A stretch of 64,000 bases of DNA from Owenia fusiformis (Eukaryota). Made by a program: the position numbers and the translations under genes. The stretch is taken from contig CAIIXF020000001.1 in the NCBI GenBank assembly GCA_903813345.2, positions 45,818,001 through 45,882,000 of the forward strand, written 5' to 3'. Shown here in pieces: positions 48,424-61,890 of the stretch; the first letter of the stretch is position 1, and each line of letters opens with the position of its first letter. The notes under the pieces were generated by a model that saw only the letters and a program-made list of their open reading frames with translations, was not told where the DNA came from and did not search any database.

Positions 48424-49072
48424 AAGAAGATCTAACAAATAAGGACACCGCAAGAGCTTATATTACACTTGTTTTTAGATTATGTACCTTATCCCAAGAT
48501 AACATCATCAAAGGCATAGCTAAAGTGGTGGATGTTGTAAGATAAAAGACAACATACTTCACAGTAAATTCATCAGAAACAGTAGGTGTTTTTTCGTTCA
48601 CAACATTGCTACATGAATACGTACCTTTGGCAAAAATTTGGGTTAATTGCCTTAAAAGTCAAAACGAAGGTCAAGAACATATGCTACCAATCTATGATTC
48701 TATGATCTAGTCTATCTAGGTCGTTAAAAGTTACATTTGAGATAATTCAGTTCTCATAAGAATCAGAGATATTGAAATTGTATTTAATAAATAGAGGGTA
48801 TTGTGTGCCACAGCAGATGGGATTAATGGTAAGGTAGACCTATTAAAGTCCCTCTGTACTTTTTACAAGTCTTAAAATATTATGTATTAATATAGAATTT
48901 TGATTCAAGATATCCTTACAGCCTTAGATATAGCACAAATGTTAAAATTACTTTTGATAATTTAGGATAAGAAATTCAATATGAATATTTTCAATGGACT
49001 AAAATTAAAACAGTACATGTACATATATTGCATAAGCAAAAATCATTTCACTCAATCATTTGTTCTCTCAAG

Positions 49073-49240
49073 GGTTCAATGGTCTACCTTTGCCCTATGT
49101 ATGAGCTTGTCATTAGGTGTGGCTTGGTTAGTAGGATGCAGGGCATTTATATCACTCTTTTTCAAGGTGATAAATTGAAAAGGGTTATTGATGAAGCCAT
49201 CAAAACTCATAAAAGACAAAAATCACAGATAAAAATTTGA
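49073..49240 (+). CDS. Candidate terminal exon, phase-compatible with 47492-47620
   Basis: TTTGTTCTCTCAAG| GSMVYLCPMYELVIRCGLVSRMQGIYITLFQGDKLKRVIDEAIKTHKRQKSQIKI*. Confidence 0.3.
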   Translation, partial: GSMVYLCPMYELVIRCGLVSRMQGIYITLFQGDKLKRVIDEAIKTHKRQKSQIKI

Positions 49241-50040
49241 CATTTGGATATCATTGAGGGATACATCAATCAAGCTTGATAAAAAAGTCATACGTGTATT
49301 TCTGCTTTCATTAAAAGCCTTTTACAAGACATTTACATGCCAAAATGTTACCACTGGTAAGTAATTGCAAATGGTTACCAAAGCGATAAAATAAAAAAAT
49401 TTACAGATGCTGAATGTTAAACAGCCCACCACTGAATGTTGACCTATGAACTTAAAGGTAGCGTATAATCTTTTATACCATTTTTACAACAGTCAAGACG
49501 TACTCAGTTAATATCAAGAATAAAGAAAATATATAGAACCATTTACATACAGTAGAATCGGTGTAAGTGGAACACCTTTGGTATCTCCAAACATAATTTC
49601 ACTTGGGAGGTGATCCTTCACTCATTCATTGTACTAGTTAGTACTAGTACTAGTTTTCATGTTCATAAATATGTTTTATATCTATCATTTTTACATTGTG
49701 ACCTATTTTAACCTATATTGTAACTACTTTAACAGGGCCAATAATGCTTCGGCGTAGGCTTTGTATCTGTTTGTATAACGCATTATGAAATAAAGGAAAT
49801 ATAAAAATAAAAAAAAATAAAAAATTGTACTGGTGAGAAATATTTCCTCATTCAGAGATGTTTCACTTTACAAGTTTTACCGTACATGTGTATAACATTT
49901 TTAGATCTCACTACTGGATCTTCTTTTTTAAGTTAAAAATACATTTTTGATAGACACATCTAATTTCATACAGAATATATATTCAGAAATTATGCAACTT
50001 ATTTTATGCTTATTAATTAGCTAGCATGCTTTTTACATAC

Positions 50041-50208
50041 TCCCATAAAATACTAATTGAAAGATGCATTTGCGGTTGTGATTCATCTTCATCAAATCTG
50101 CATATTCATCAGTTGAATTCAGAGGGTGTGTACTGTTAGCTGGTTGTGACACAGGGTAATTGATAAGCAGGGTGTTAGAGCAGTTTAAACCTGCATATTG
50201 ATGCTGAT
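50041..50208 (-). CDS. Candidate internal exon (168 nt, phase 1-1) of an unidentified minus-strand gene
   Basis: TTTTATAG| QHQYAGLNCSNTLLINYPVSQPANSTHPLNSTDEYADLMKMNHNRKCIFQLVFYG A|GTATGT; joins in frame to 45254. Confidence 0.4.
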
Positions 50209-51899
50209 CTATAAAATCCTTGTGATGATTACAATGTGTGATTACCTTGGAAAATAATTAAGTAGCAGAGCCATTTGCATTATATTCTCGGTGAATATCT
50301 GGGATACCAAAAAGCTAAAGGAAGATATGGTACACGACTTGATATTTTCATGACAACATTTTGAAACTAAAAATTCCCTTTCTTGCCTATTATTCAAACA
50401 TGAATCAAATTCTAATAAAATACATTTTGTTTTTTAATCAACATAAGATCAAATGAAAAGGACAATACTTGGACACTTGAGTAAATATATAATAACAACA
50501 ATATGATTTAAATAGTTTTCATTTAGTTTTTCTAATTTCATGTATCTTTTCAGGATGTGCTCCTATTTTAAATTTTTCAAAATTTCTTCCATTCCAGACT
50601 TTTCCCTGTTTTTTCACAAAATTCTCAACTTCCCTGACCATTTTGGACACTTTAAGGATATTCTGAAATTCCCTGTATGTAGGTCAAATAAAAAAATGTT
50701 TTCCCATCCCCCCTGGCTGTGGCAACCCGATATGGTCACTATACATAGTTGTTCATGATATCTGATGTCTATCATAAGTATATTTGCTATAGGTAGAGGT
50801 ATTCAAATGAACTAATTGTTCATTTTAGATAAGGTGTTCATTAAAGGAAAGTGTTCACTATAACAATTTTAGACATACACTAAAAGTACCATACAAGTCA
50901 CTGTGGCAGTACCTTCTGGAGGGAAAATGTTAATTGGTGAGACAGTTACGTATGTATATCAAATGAGTTATTCCTAGTTTCCATATAATTTGCCACTTGC
51001 CTGTTAATGTAGAAAATTGCATCCCCCTTGATGTACATTCTGATACTCATAGCATCTTTCTGTTTCACCTGAAACATCTCAGGGCTGAGAAGAAATGAGA
51101 TGTCATGGTTTATCATGATGCTTGATGTACAATGCAAGGTGCTTCTCTGATCTGATGTTAGGTGAACTACCACGCAGAGTATAGATATTACCAAATAGCA
51201 ATGCACAAATAAATAATGTATGAACATTATGCACAAAGTCACTAACACAACAAAATAACATATGAATATAGCCCTGAATCAACATACAAACACTGCCAAC
51301 CAATGCAGAACACAACCAAATAAAATATGAACACAACCAGTAAAACACATGAACACAACGAAATAAGGTATAAACATAACCTGAAAACGTGTATAAAATG
51401 AATTAACTGAACCAAAGAAATGTTTAAAAATCTTCACGTTCTAACTAGAATTTCTAGCCAGCCAAATTATTGAAAAAAATAAAACAGTACTTTTCGTAAA
51501 AAGGATTTTTCTTTTCCCCAAATCACAATTCTGAATTCATTTAGTGGACTGTACTCCCGAGGGTTTATCCCGGGACACAGGGGCTAAAAGTAATTACGTC
51601 TGTTACAGAATTTGAAACAGCAAATCAGCTATTGAAAAGGGAATCCACTGATATAAGCCAGGTTCACACCAGTTAACTTATATTTAGACCATACCTGACT
51701 CAAAGATATACATAATTACACAAGAATGCTCGATAATTTCAGTGTGGCATAAACAACTGCATATGTACCAAGATGTTCATCTTAAAAAGGATATTACAAT
51801 GAAATTCAGGTAGATTTTACCTCAAAATTGCCCACAGTTGCAAAAACAAGGTGAAGAAGGTGTTTATTTTAACGTCTTATCAATCGAATCTTTCATTTC

Positions 51900-52085
51900 A
51901 TAAACAGCAGAACTGACCTCAGTTCTTACTCACATCCTGATATGAGTTAGTATCTGGATTTTGGTATCAACATTATTCTGTTATAATAAAAATAAACAGC
52001 AGAACTGACCTCAGTTTTTACACACATCCTGATATGAGTTAGTATCTGGATTTCGGTATCAACATTATTCTGTTATAATAAAAAT
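51900..52085. repeat. 92-bp tandem duplication
   Basis: TAAACAGCAGAACTGACCTCAG at 51901 and 51993, near-identical. Confidence 0.9.
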
Positions 52086-52670
52086 ACATTCTTAAAATAA
52101 AGAATTCCAATAAAAAATTTGGAAAATAAAAACTGTAATACGAGAAAAGGCGGGCAAAATTATCTTCTCTGTCTCTGTCTCTGTCTCTGTCTCTCCTTCA
52201 ATCCGTCCCCCATCTATATCACTCTTGTGAAATGGGGGGATTACAAGCGCTTCAAACAAGACTATATCTCAAAATTATTTCAGCACCAGCCTTTAGTATA
52301 AATGTGGATTTCATTAATAGTTATGTATTATTATCTCTATGAACCTAACTACCTTAATCGTCATACTTTATAGTGTCTTCCCCTCAGGAAAGTAATGATT
52401 CTGAGGTGCAGTACTAAAATGGCAGCTACAACTCTAAATGATTACAAAACAGGCAGAAACAATGTACGTCATTGGCTTAAAAGGCTTCCCAGCACGTAAA
52501 GTAGACATGAAGATGAAAGTCACAATGACTTGCTCAAAAAAAAAATTCAACCCAATGAAACAATTGTCTCATACTTAGAATGTATCAAAAATGTCAGTAA
52601 AAGTGATGTAAAAGACAAAATGAGAATATCATTTTAACCAAAGCAAGACAAAGGTCCCAATAAATAAAAT

Positions 52671-53150
52671 TATTATATACCTCAAATGTATTCTAGATGC
52701 TCATTGGCTTATTCATGGTCACATGACATGGAATAGATGAACTAATTCCCTGGAAAGTCCTAAATCCCTACTTTCAGGGAAGATGAATTGTACTAATCAC
52801 CAGTTAGGTCATGTGACCAGTCAATAGTACATTTTATCTTCCCCCAAATCTGAGATTATAGGAGTTGAAAGGTAAAATGCCTTTAAATGCCAATAAGAAC
52901 CTGTGAACATTTGATATTGAAATGAAAAGACTTCTCATTTTGTTTTTGTTTACAGAGTACTTATCAGGTATATAATAAAACAAATAGTGACTGCCACATT
53001 TTCGGGAAATAGTGTAAAAATTTTCCTCTCGGGAATATCCTGTCCACTAACTTGTTCCCTCGGCCTGCAGCCTCGGGAACATGTCAGTGGACAGGATATT
53101 CCCTTGAGGAAAATATTTTGCACTATTTCCCTCAATGGCAGTCACTATTT
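52671..53150 (+). mobile_element. Crypton-like non-autonomous element (IR pair plus terminal ~170-bp hairpin)
   Basis: TATTATATACCT ... AGGTATATAATA followed by hairpin 52982-53150 centred on CCTCGGCCTGCAGCCTCGG; no TSD. Confidence 0.6.
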
Positions 53151-54642
53151 GTACACTAATCCATTTAGCATCCTGTATAAACATTCAGATCCATCATCTA
53201 TATGTAGATTATTTGTTCAGATGATTTAAGTTCAATACCACCATTGTCATATTATCTCTACTTGGATATAATTTCTATATTAAAAAGAACAGTAAAACCT
53301 GTATATAGTGAATACCTCCAAAGTCACAAAGTGTTCACTAGTCTTTTTTGGATATTTGTCAAAAAGCACACGATGAAGCTAAATCATAGAATTATTTCTT
53401 ATTGCCGGGTGTAAAAAATAACACGCAATATGTCACCACCTGCCTTTTGTTACTGATGCCAAACACCAACCACTGACATGAAAAGGGTACTGACATTTTG
53501 ATGGGACTTCAACACAGGTGATGTACAGCCTCAACACATCATTAGAACATAAACCCCCTCAATCTCTTTCACCTCCAGAATCCATTGTTATCTTCTTATT
53601 TTCCTCATGATCTCTCTGATGAAGAGAGAAAATGAAGTGGGCTGTTCAGGGTAGTGTGATGCAAGACTTCTCAATAGTATAGTTATTTGACCTTTATGCA
53701 ATACAAAATAAATTGCATTGCATCAAATCCCTTTGCACATTTCTCTCCTAATTACAGGGTAGGCGGCAAATAAACAAATGGGTTAACCAGAGAAACTTGA
53801 TAAAAGATGACAGACAAAAAAGTTTTGGGTTCCTTAAAATATAAAAATATTCTCAAATGATAAGGTAGCCTCTATATGAGCTCTATTCACTATTTAAGCT
53901 ACATCTCTAATCGTCAGAATTTCCATTTGTTAGATCTTCCCAGCTAGTTTATCTGAAAGTATCAAAGATAGTGTGTTCCTGAGTGTTCTCAATGAGTCTC
54001 TTAATGGTTTCCTTTTCCAAGGTATAAATACTGCTCTATCTTAGCAAGAAATTTAATCTTAAAAAGCGTTGGTGGGCACATCTGCAACACCACATTCAAG
54101 TGCATTATTTGGAATCATCTACAACTCAACATTATATTACTCAATAAATACACTTAAACCAATGGTAAGGTTTATACCCTTAAAGGTTGACGCATATCGT
54201 TTAGCAAATCGAACGCTCGTTCCTGGTGTTGCTCACCGTTTAGTATAAAAGGCCCGATCCCGGAATAATACTCAAGGGTTCACAGGCTCGAGGTCGTTGT
54301 GTCAACACCTCTAACTGTTATATAGCATAAGTATATTATAGATCGTCACATATTTATAAAACGGTGATTTTTATTTTGACAAATCAATTCCATTTTTATG
54401 GGTGAAGTTTCAGGATCTTCTATTTGTGTATAATAAGGAAAATTGACATCTAAATTTCCCCATAACGTAATAGCACACAGCTTGGTATATGAAATATCCT
54501 ACAAATGAAACAAAGCAGTTCTAATACAAGGATTTATATTGGCTGTTGTACATATTCTTTGAACGCAATCACTCTATGGATAATGTTTTCAAAATCATTA
54601 TAAACGGATTACTTTATCTCAAAGACAATTTCAATAAACTGG

Positions 54643-54741
54643 ATTTTACAGAACTCCCCTTATTTCTTAAAAATGGACTGATCCAGTCGATTCGCCTGGA
54701 GCCGCCATATTGTTTTTATACGGGATGCTTATCGGAACCCT
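54643..54741. mobile_element. Transposon end (...CCCT|TTAA, Kolobok-like), duplicated at 59845-59943
   Basis: ~100-bp alignment between the two copies, both ending at TTAA. Confidence 0.7.
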
Positions 54742-54771
54742 TTAAAAGGACTGTTTCAGTTGGTAAGATAC

Positions 54772-54979
54772 CACTGGCGGATCTGGGGGGAGTTAAAAAA
54801 GGCCTTGAGGTCCCAAAAAGTAGGCCTCTTTGGTTATAAATAGGCCTTCTATGGCCTTATATTTTAATTTTAGGCCAAATGGAAGAAAATGGGCCTCAAA
54901 TTTTCAGAATTTGGGCCCACTTTTTGGTTCTAAGACCAGAAGTTTGGCCCCCCCTTGTTGGTTCCCAGATCCGCCCCTG
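54772..54979. mobile_element. hAT-like MITE, shorter member of the 34822-35113 family
   Basis: CACTGGCGGATCT...AGATCCGCCCCTG; the interior matches the reverse complement of 34822-34970. Confidence 0.8.
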
Positions 54980-57616
54980 AGATCACTGTATATTGACTTC
55001 TCAAAAGCAAGGCTTTTAAATTGTATCCCGACACTATAAACCTCTCATTTCAGTTGACTGCAATGCGGGCTTTCATATTGCTTTAACTGTCAAAAATAAT
55101 ATCATTTCACTTTTCTGCCTTGGTCTGCAGTCTTAGTGAAACGAGAAACCTCTGGATAAGTCAAGAGTATGTCTGTCTATTAAAATTGCACTCTTCATGA
55201 TATACTGCCTGTATTCTTAGAAATTAATTAGACACACTTACACACAGGCCTTGCTATTGCAAATATCCATTGTAATAGGATTGATACCCTAGAGACTAAA
55301 TGAAGAAGCTGAGCTTATGTACAAGACTCTGTATAATTGGACAAAGCAATCAGACATTATTATTACAAGTGACCATGTAGTAATGAACCACCTGTGTCTA
55401 TATGGACTTGCATGCACATAGGACTAGTGACAGATTGAAGTGTGATATTCTTACAAATAGACAACTATTTATGAGAATATCACACTTATGAATGTATATA
55501 GCTGTGCAATAAATGATGATGTAATCAAACGCTTCATAAGTTATATATCATACAGGAATAATATGCTATAAGTGAGTTGCAAAATCTCTCTATATGACCT
55601 GCAGACCACAATATGCGGACAATTATTAATTCATCATATATTATATTTTACTTTAGTGTTATACCTGAGTTTGATTTCAAATCAACTTCATACGAAATCA
55701 TGTAGAGGATGCTGAACTGAACAGATAAATATATCTTTTAAACAATCAATTAACAGAAAACAGACATAATAAAAAACTTGATGCAGCATTGCAAATGTGA
55801 CATTAATGACAGCCCAAGCCCAGGTACGCAATTCCAAATCAAAAGATCGCAAAAATGAAACAAACAACGAGCAGAATCATTCTTATCCACAGTGAGTGAG
55901 TTATCAACTTTTGAAGCTGAATTGTAAGACTGATTTCAAAAATTGTCGCCATCAATAGCGATGCTTCAAATAACGGTTACAAATCCTCTCTTATGTTAAC
56001 CAATTTTGTAAATGGCTTTTCATTTCCCATTTCGCGTAATACTTTACTGAACAAGAAATTAGCTGAGCGCTATAATGGGATTCATTTTTGTGTTGCAATA
56101 GGCGAAAAAAGTTTACTTTTAAGTCGTCAAGATTCAGAAGTATGATGAAGGGATCTAATAATAGTGCTTAGGTTACTGACTTTGAAGTTATACAACTAGA
56201 GATGAATGAACCTCACGTACTGAAATTTTGCAAATAATTTCAGAATGGAGTAAACAAAGATGATTGGTTTTGAGTCAAAGTATAATGAACAATCAAATGA
56301 TCCTAATAAGGGATAAAGAATGATAGTACAAAAAATATAGTTAAACACACCAAACCATTTAGTAAATTGTATATTGTATTCTGACTTCCATTATCATAGG
56401 CTATAATATGTAGCTATACCTATTACATGGAATATGGGAAAAGTTCTGTTGTTTTGAGTATCATCCCAATTTCATTGTACTCCCAAAGGGATGCTACTAT
56501 TGTATACTACAGTATAGCACCACATTAACCTAAATAGAAACACATCCTGTGACGTAATTTTGGTACGCCTATGGTATGCCTATCCTGCGCGCAGTTTGGT
56601 TATAAACTACCCTCTGCCTAGTATAGACTATATTACAGTTTAAGAGCCCCACCACAAAGATTGGTACCTGTGACAGCCCAGGTAATAAATAATGCCATGG
56701 TCATACAATGGCCTATCATGATTGTTAAATAGCACCATTGCATTTCATGGTCAACAGCACTAAAAAAATTTACATGAAGTTTCTCATTTCAAAAATATAC
56801 TATTATCATACATTGAAGTTATTACATGAACAGACAGGAAAGACTTCATCCTAAAGATGGATTGGATTAAAAGAAACTTTTCTACCAGAGAAACATACAA
56901 TACAACTCTGAAATAACACAAACCATGTTTATCTTTCATTACTCTTCACTGACCCATGGCCTTCACTGAATTATGATCCTTTGAATATGCAAGAAACTGC
57001 ATTGGACTACTCTGGATATACAAGTATGGCAAAATCTGTATATGGTAAATACCTTTGCAGCCACAAAATGTGTTCACTGTAGATAGGTGCTTACAGCAGT
57101 TTTTTATACAGAAGTTAATAGAGAATGTTCCAAGAAATGGTGTTTACTTTAAGCAGGAAAGAGTATATGTATTTACTAAAAAGAAGTGTTTTGGTGAACA
57201 TTCTTCCTAGGAATTCCACAATTCCCTTGCTCCACTTGTTAAAGCAGGTACATGTATATCTGAAGTTTCAACACCTCTATGTGAATTCGATAAGCCTAAT
57301 CCAGAACCATATGATAAAGTCAAGGAACATATCAATTCAAAACAAAAATTGATACACTTTAGAATTGTTTTAGATATATCATTTCAAATACTTGACAAAT
57401 ATTAGATATCTTAAAAATGTTGTGAGATCAAACAGAATTTAGATATACGTAAATAAAAGAGATCTCGTTTTGAATTGAATAATTAATAATGTCTCTCCTA
57501 GGGGGCCATTGAGAATTTATTCATTAATACTATGTTATTAGAATCTCATCAATTGTGTGCTACCCTGAATCTACAATGCTTACCACACCACCCTCTTAGT
57601 ATCACAAACAAGTTTT

Positions 57617-58030
57617 CAGTGTTGATCATTCAGTGTTGACCATTGAATAATTCTTCAATGTTGACCATTGAATATTTTTTTAGTGTTGACCATCGAACAA
57701 TTCTTCAGTATTGACCATTGAACAATTCTTCAGTGTTGACCGTTGAACAATTTTTTAGTGTTGACCATTGAACAATTTTTAGTGTTGGCCATTGAACATT
57801 AGTGTTGACCATTGGACAATTCTTCAGTGTTGACCATTGAACAATTTTTTAGTGCTGACCACTGAACAATTTTTAGTGTTGACCATTGAACAATTTTTTA
57901 GTGTTGACCATCAAACAATTCTTCAGTATTGACCATTGAACAATTCTTCAGTGTTGACCATTGAACAATTTTTTAGTGTTGACCATTGAACAATTCTTCA
58001 GTATTGACCATTGAACAATTTTTTAGTGTT
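57617..58030. repeat. ~25-bp minisatellite (~16 copies), CAGTGTTGACCATTGAACAATTCTT
   Basis: Visible tandem units. Confidence 0.95.
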
Positions 58031-60376
58031 TACAATTAATAGTAATTTGAATGTGAAATGAACCTATACTACTTTTAGGTATATAATATAACTGTCTTGA
58101 TTTTCTGGCTATATATTTCGATTTGACATAGGCTGGATAATTAAATTATCAGTAATCTGAAGAGTGTAGCATGGTTGAGCTCTGACACAGGGTAAATAAG
58201 ATATGACAGAGTTTTAACAATATCTAGTTAATGGCAACCAAGCGCACAATGCTGAATAATTTTGTTGTATCATTATTGTATGTTAATCTTACTAAAAGCT
58301 TACATGTTATTATCAAAAGCACTGACATTTAATTATAAATAATGATGGAGTTGTCAGTTTTAAAAGCGTTTATTTGAATATTCTTGCTGAATAAGAAGAA
58401 ATCAGTGTTTTCTTTAAATTCAAAGACTTTCCTGATGGGTTCCTGCATATAACCACCTTGGCAGATGGAGTGATTATTACAGATAAAGCTCTCTTTTAAA
58501 TAATTTGAATCAAAGAATTTGAATCAAACTATTGAAAGCATATATCTTTCCTACAAAAACATCAATTTCTTTTTTGTTACCCCAACTATACAGCCAATAT
58601 GTGTATACCCCAATCCATAATTTGGATTCTGGTCTATGTCTTGTTATGATTGCTTCAACAAGCCACCTACCAATACTTCCAGTTGGAAGAACAATTCAAT
58701 CATTCTTCTCTGTAGATTTTACATTGATTTTTGTAAACATGCCACGTGTGATTATATTTACACATCTGAGATACTCAATGATGAATTTCATTCTCGCTCA
58801 AATTCAATCAACTCTATAGCCCTATATCAAGTCCCAGAGCGCAGCATTATCTCTTATATAACACACACAGGGTTAATATAGAGATACAGAGGGGGCAGGG
58901 AAATAGTAATATTACATATCTTAAGATGACGCTGACACGTGTCCTTTTGATACTCATCACATCTTTCTGATATCATCAGACGGGAGGGGTAGAACACTTA
59001 AATTGTGATGCTTATTTATCATGTATTAGTGATGCTACATCCTCCAAACACAGGCCTCCAGAACTTCTTATTGGAAGAAGGAGGTATGAGGGTGATGCTA
59101 TGCCTTCCCATGATACTCATCACCAGTTAATCTCTGTAATCTATCTGACTGGTCTGTCACAATGCTCAACTGAAGATATGCTTGAACTGACATGTGCTTC
59201 CTAGAAAGGAACTAATTGATGGCCATGATTTCTCACATGATGCACAGTCATGTCAACCTCAATAAACTTTATATTGAAAAAAATAAGGGGGGGGACATAA
59301 ATACAAGACTGAGCTCCGAAAACATATGATTCATAAATAAATAAATAAAAAATAAATAAAAAAGTAAAATTCAAAGTTTATATATTCCTGGTTACAATCA
59401 AATTAGATGGTTTATGTGAGCGTAACAAAATATTTACATATTTTCATTGATAACATCTTGGAATCTATACTATTAATCTATACAATATACATTGTATGCA
59501 ATTAAAACATTGTTTGTAGAAATAACAAGCACAAACTTGTATGTCTCAAATAACATCATCCTGTTCAATATTGTCATCCTCACCAATATTGGATCAATGT
59601 CAATGTCTAGTAATAATTCAAATAAACATACTGTCTGTCAAATATCTCATAAGAACAGACAGAATCAATGTTTCTACCAACCAAGCAAAATACCATCCGT
59701 GTATCTATATAGTTCACTGCCATGTATTACAAAAACAAATAGAGTTCAATGTGTAACTCGGGATTCTTTGAAAGGTATTGTTCTTCTTTTATATATATAT
59801 ATATATGAATTACTAGACTAATGTACAGCCCAAGTAAATATGTCATTTTACAAAACTCCCCTTATTTCTTAAAAATGGACTGATCCAGTTGACTCACCTG
59901 GAGCCACCATATTGTTTTTATACGAGAAGCCTATCGAAACCCTTTAAATGTTACAACCTGGTAAGGTATAATAAATGGTTACAAAACTGTGACAATTTGT
60001 TACAGGCAAAGAACTCCAGGCAGTAACACTGAAGTCACAGAACATGTTCACAAAAAATGAGAGCTTTAAATAACATGTTACCTGGTGCAGTAGCATACCA
60101 AGTTATGAAATGAAAACTGTATTATTTGATTTGAATCAAAGTATATTGATGTTGCAAGATATATGTTGTATTTTTGTGGTTAAGAGTTAGAGACTATTGA
60201 TACTTTAAACTTTAAAATTATTTTCTTGGACAAGGTAAAAACTGGACAAGGCAGAATCAGACATGTAGGTGATCAAAATCAGAGAACCCTAATCATTAAA
60301 TTGTATTGCAACCTTACATTCAGTGAAAAAATATGTTGATTCCCAATAACAAGTTGTAGATATGCACAACTATAGA

Positions 60377-61890
60377 AAACAAGAACACAAATGTGTACAA
60401 AATGTCCCCACCAAGTGGTGATCCCGTCAAATGGTTATCCTGAAAATGAGTAGACAAGACTTTACCAACACAATTTGAGGACGGAAAATCCAAAGTAGCC
60501 ACCTTAAAATTTACCCAGAATGCCACAAATTTCTAGATTTTCATACTAAGAATCACCCCTGAAAATTTGAAATTGATCCGTCACACAGTTAACCAGAAAA
60601 CATGTAAACAAGACTTTACAGACAAGATTTCAGGATGGTAAATCCAAAATGGCTGCCTTGACATTTACCCAGAATGTCAAAAAACTAATCTGTTTGTAGA
60701 TTTTCATACTAAGAATCATCCCTGGAAATATGAAATTGATCTACCAAACGGTTCACCTGAAAACAGGAAGACAAGACTTTATAGACAAGATTTTAGGACA
60801 GAAAATCCAAAATGGCTGCCTTAACATTTACGCAGAATGCAAAAAACTAATCAGATGTAGATTTTGATACAAAGAATCATCCCTGAAAATTTGAAATTGA
60901 TCTATCAAACCGTTCACCTAAAAACGCGTAGACAAGACTTTACAGGCAAGATTTTAAGACGGAAAATCCAAAATGGCTGCCTTGACATTTACCCAGAATG
61001 CAAAAAAACTAATCAGTTCTAGATTTTCATACTAAGAATCATTCCTGAAAATTTGAAATTGATCTACCAAACAGTTCACCTGAAAACGAGTACACAAGAC
61101 TTTACAGACAAGATTTTAGGACGGAAAATCCAAAATGGCTGCCTTAACATTTACCCAGAATGCCCAAAAACTAATCAGATCTAGATTTTTATACTAAGAA
61201 TCATCCCTGAAAATTTGAAATTGATCCACCAAACGGTTCACCTGAAAACGCGCAGACAAGACTTCACAGACAAGATTTTAGGACCGAAAAATCCAAAATG
61301 GCCGACAATAAAAAAGTCCTTATGAATTTTTGCTGATTTCTTTTTACAAAATTATCACATATAACTACTGTTAATAATAAAGTAGGCTTTTACAACAAAG
61401 TACATCTGAAATCATTTATAAAGCTACTAAATAGTTAAAGTATGAAAACTCAAAAACACCATTCAATATGATACAAAGTATTATCGCGCGCTAACTTTTC
61501 TTAAGACATTCAAAATGGCTGACATGACTGAGCTAGCAGGTCCAAAACCTAATCAGATCTAGAATGAAGTGAGCTGAATAAGATGTTAAAGTTTTAAAAG
61601 CAACTGTGAAGCAGTTTTTCTTAAAGTTTGCAGACAAGGATTTTAGCATTTGACTTCAAAATGGCCGACAGGAAGTAGGTTTCGAGTTAAAATTTTTTCA
61701 TCCACATCTATAGGCACTCATAAGTTATCCCTGAAAATTTGAAGGTGATATCTGTAGCGGTTTTGGAGAAAACTCCCGGACGTACGGACGGACAGACAGA
61801 CGGACGGACAGACGGACGGACAGACGGACGGACAGACGGACGCGCCTAGGCCGACAATATGGCCCCACACTATGTGGTGGGGACATAAAA
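60377..61890 (-). mobile_element. Complete Helentron-associated (HINE / DINE-1-like) element with an internal ~162-bp tandem array
   Basis: Minus strand: T-run, subTIR ATGTCCCCAC plus adjacent IR, (GTCY)n microsatellite at ~61785-61840, ~5.3 units of 155-163 bp, 3' subTIR GTGGGGACAT, short stem-loop ACACATTTGTGT, CTTGTT end. Confidence 0.85.

Noticed and set aside
47496..48453. Three ~300-aa minus-strand ORFs; CRISPR-like appearance
   Set aside because: The 41-bp unit has no minus-strand stop in any frame; units are contiguous with no unique spacers and there are no cas genes.
50946..51248. 100-aa minus-strand ORF as a gene
   Set aside because: N-terminus is low-complexity sequence; the only donor is phase-incompatible with 50208; kept only as part of the DEY-island observation.
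58532..58881. Overlapping + ORFs; minus-strand LWIG lectin-like motif
   Set aside because: No consistent splice sites, an in-frame stop on minus, and the motif is too short.
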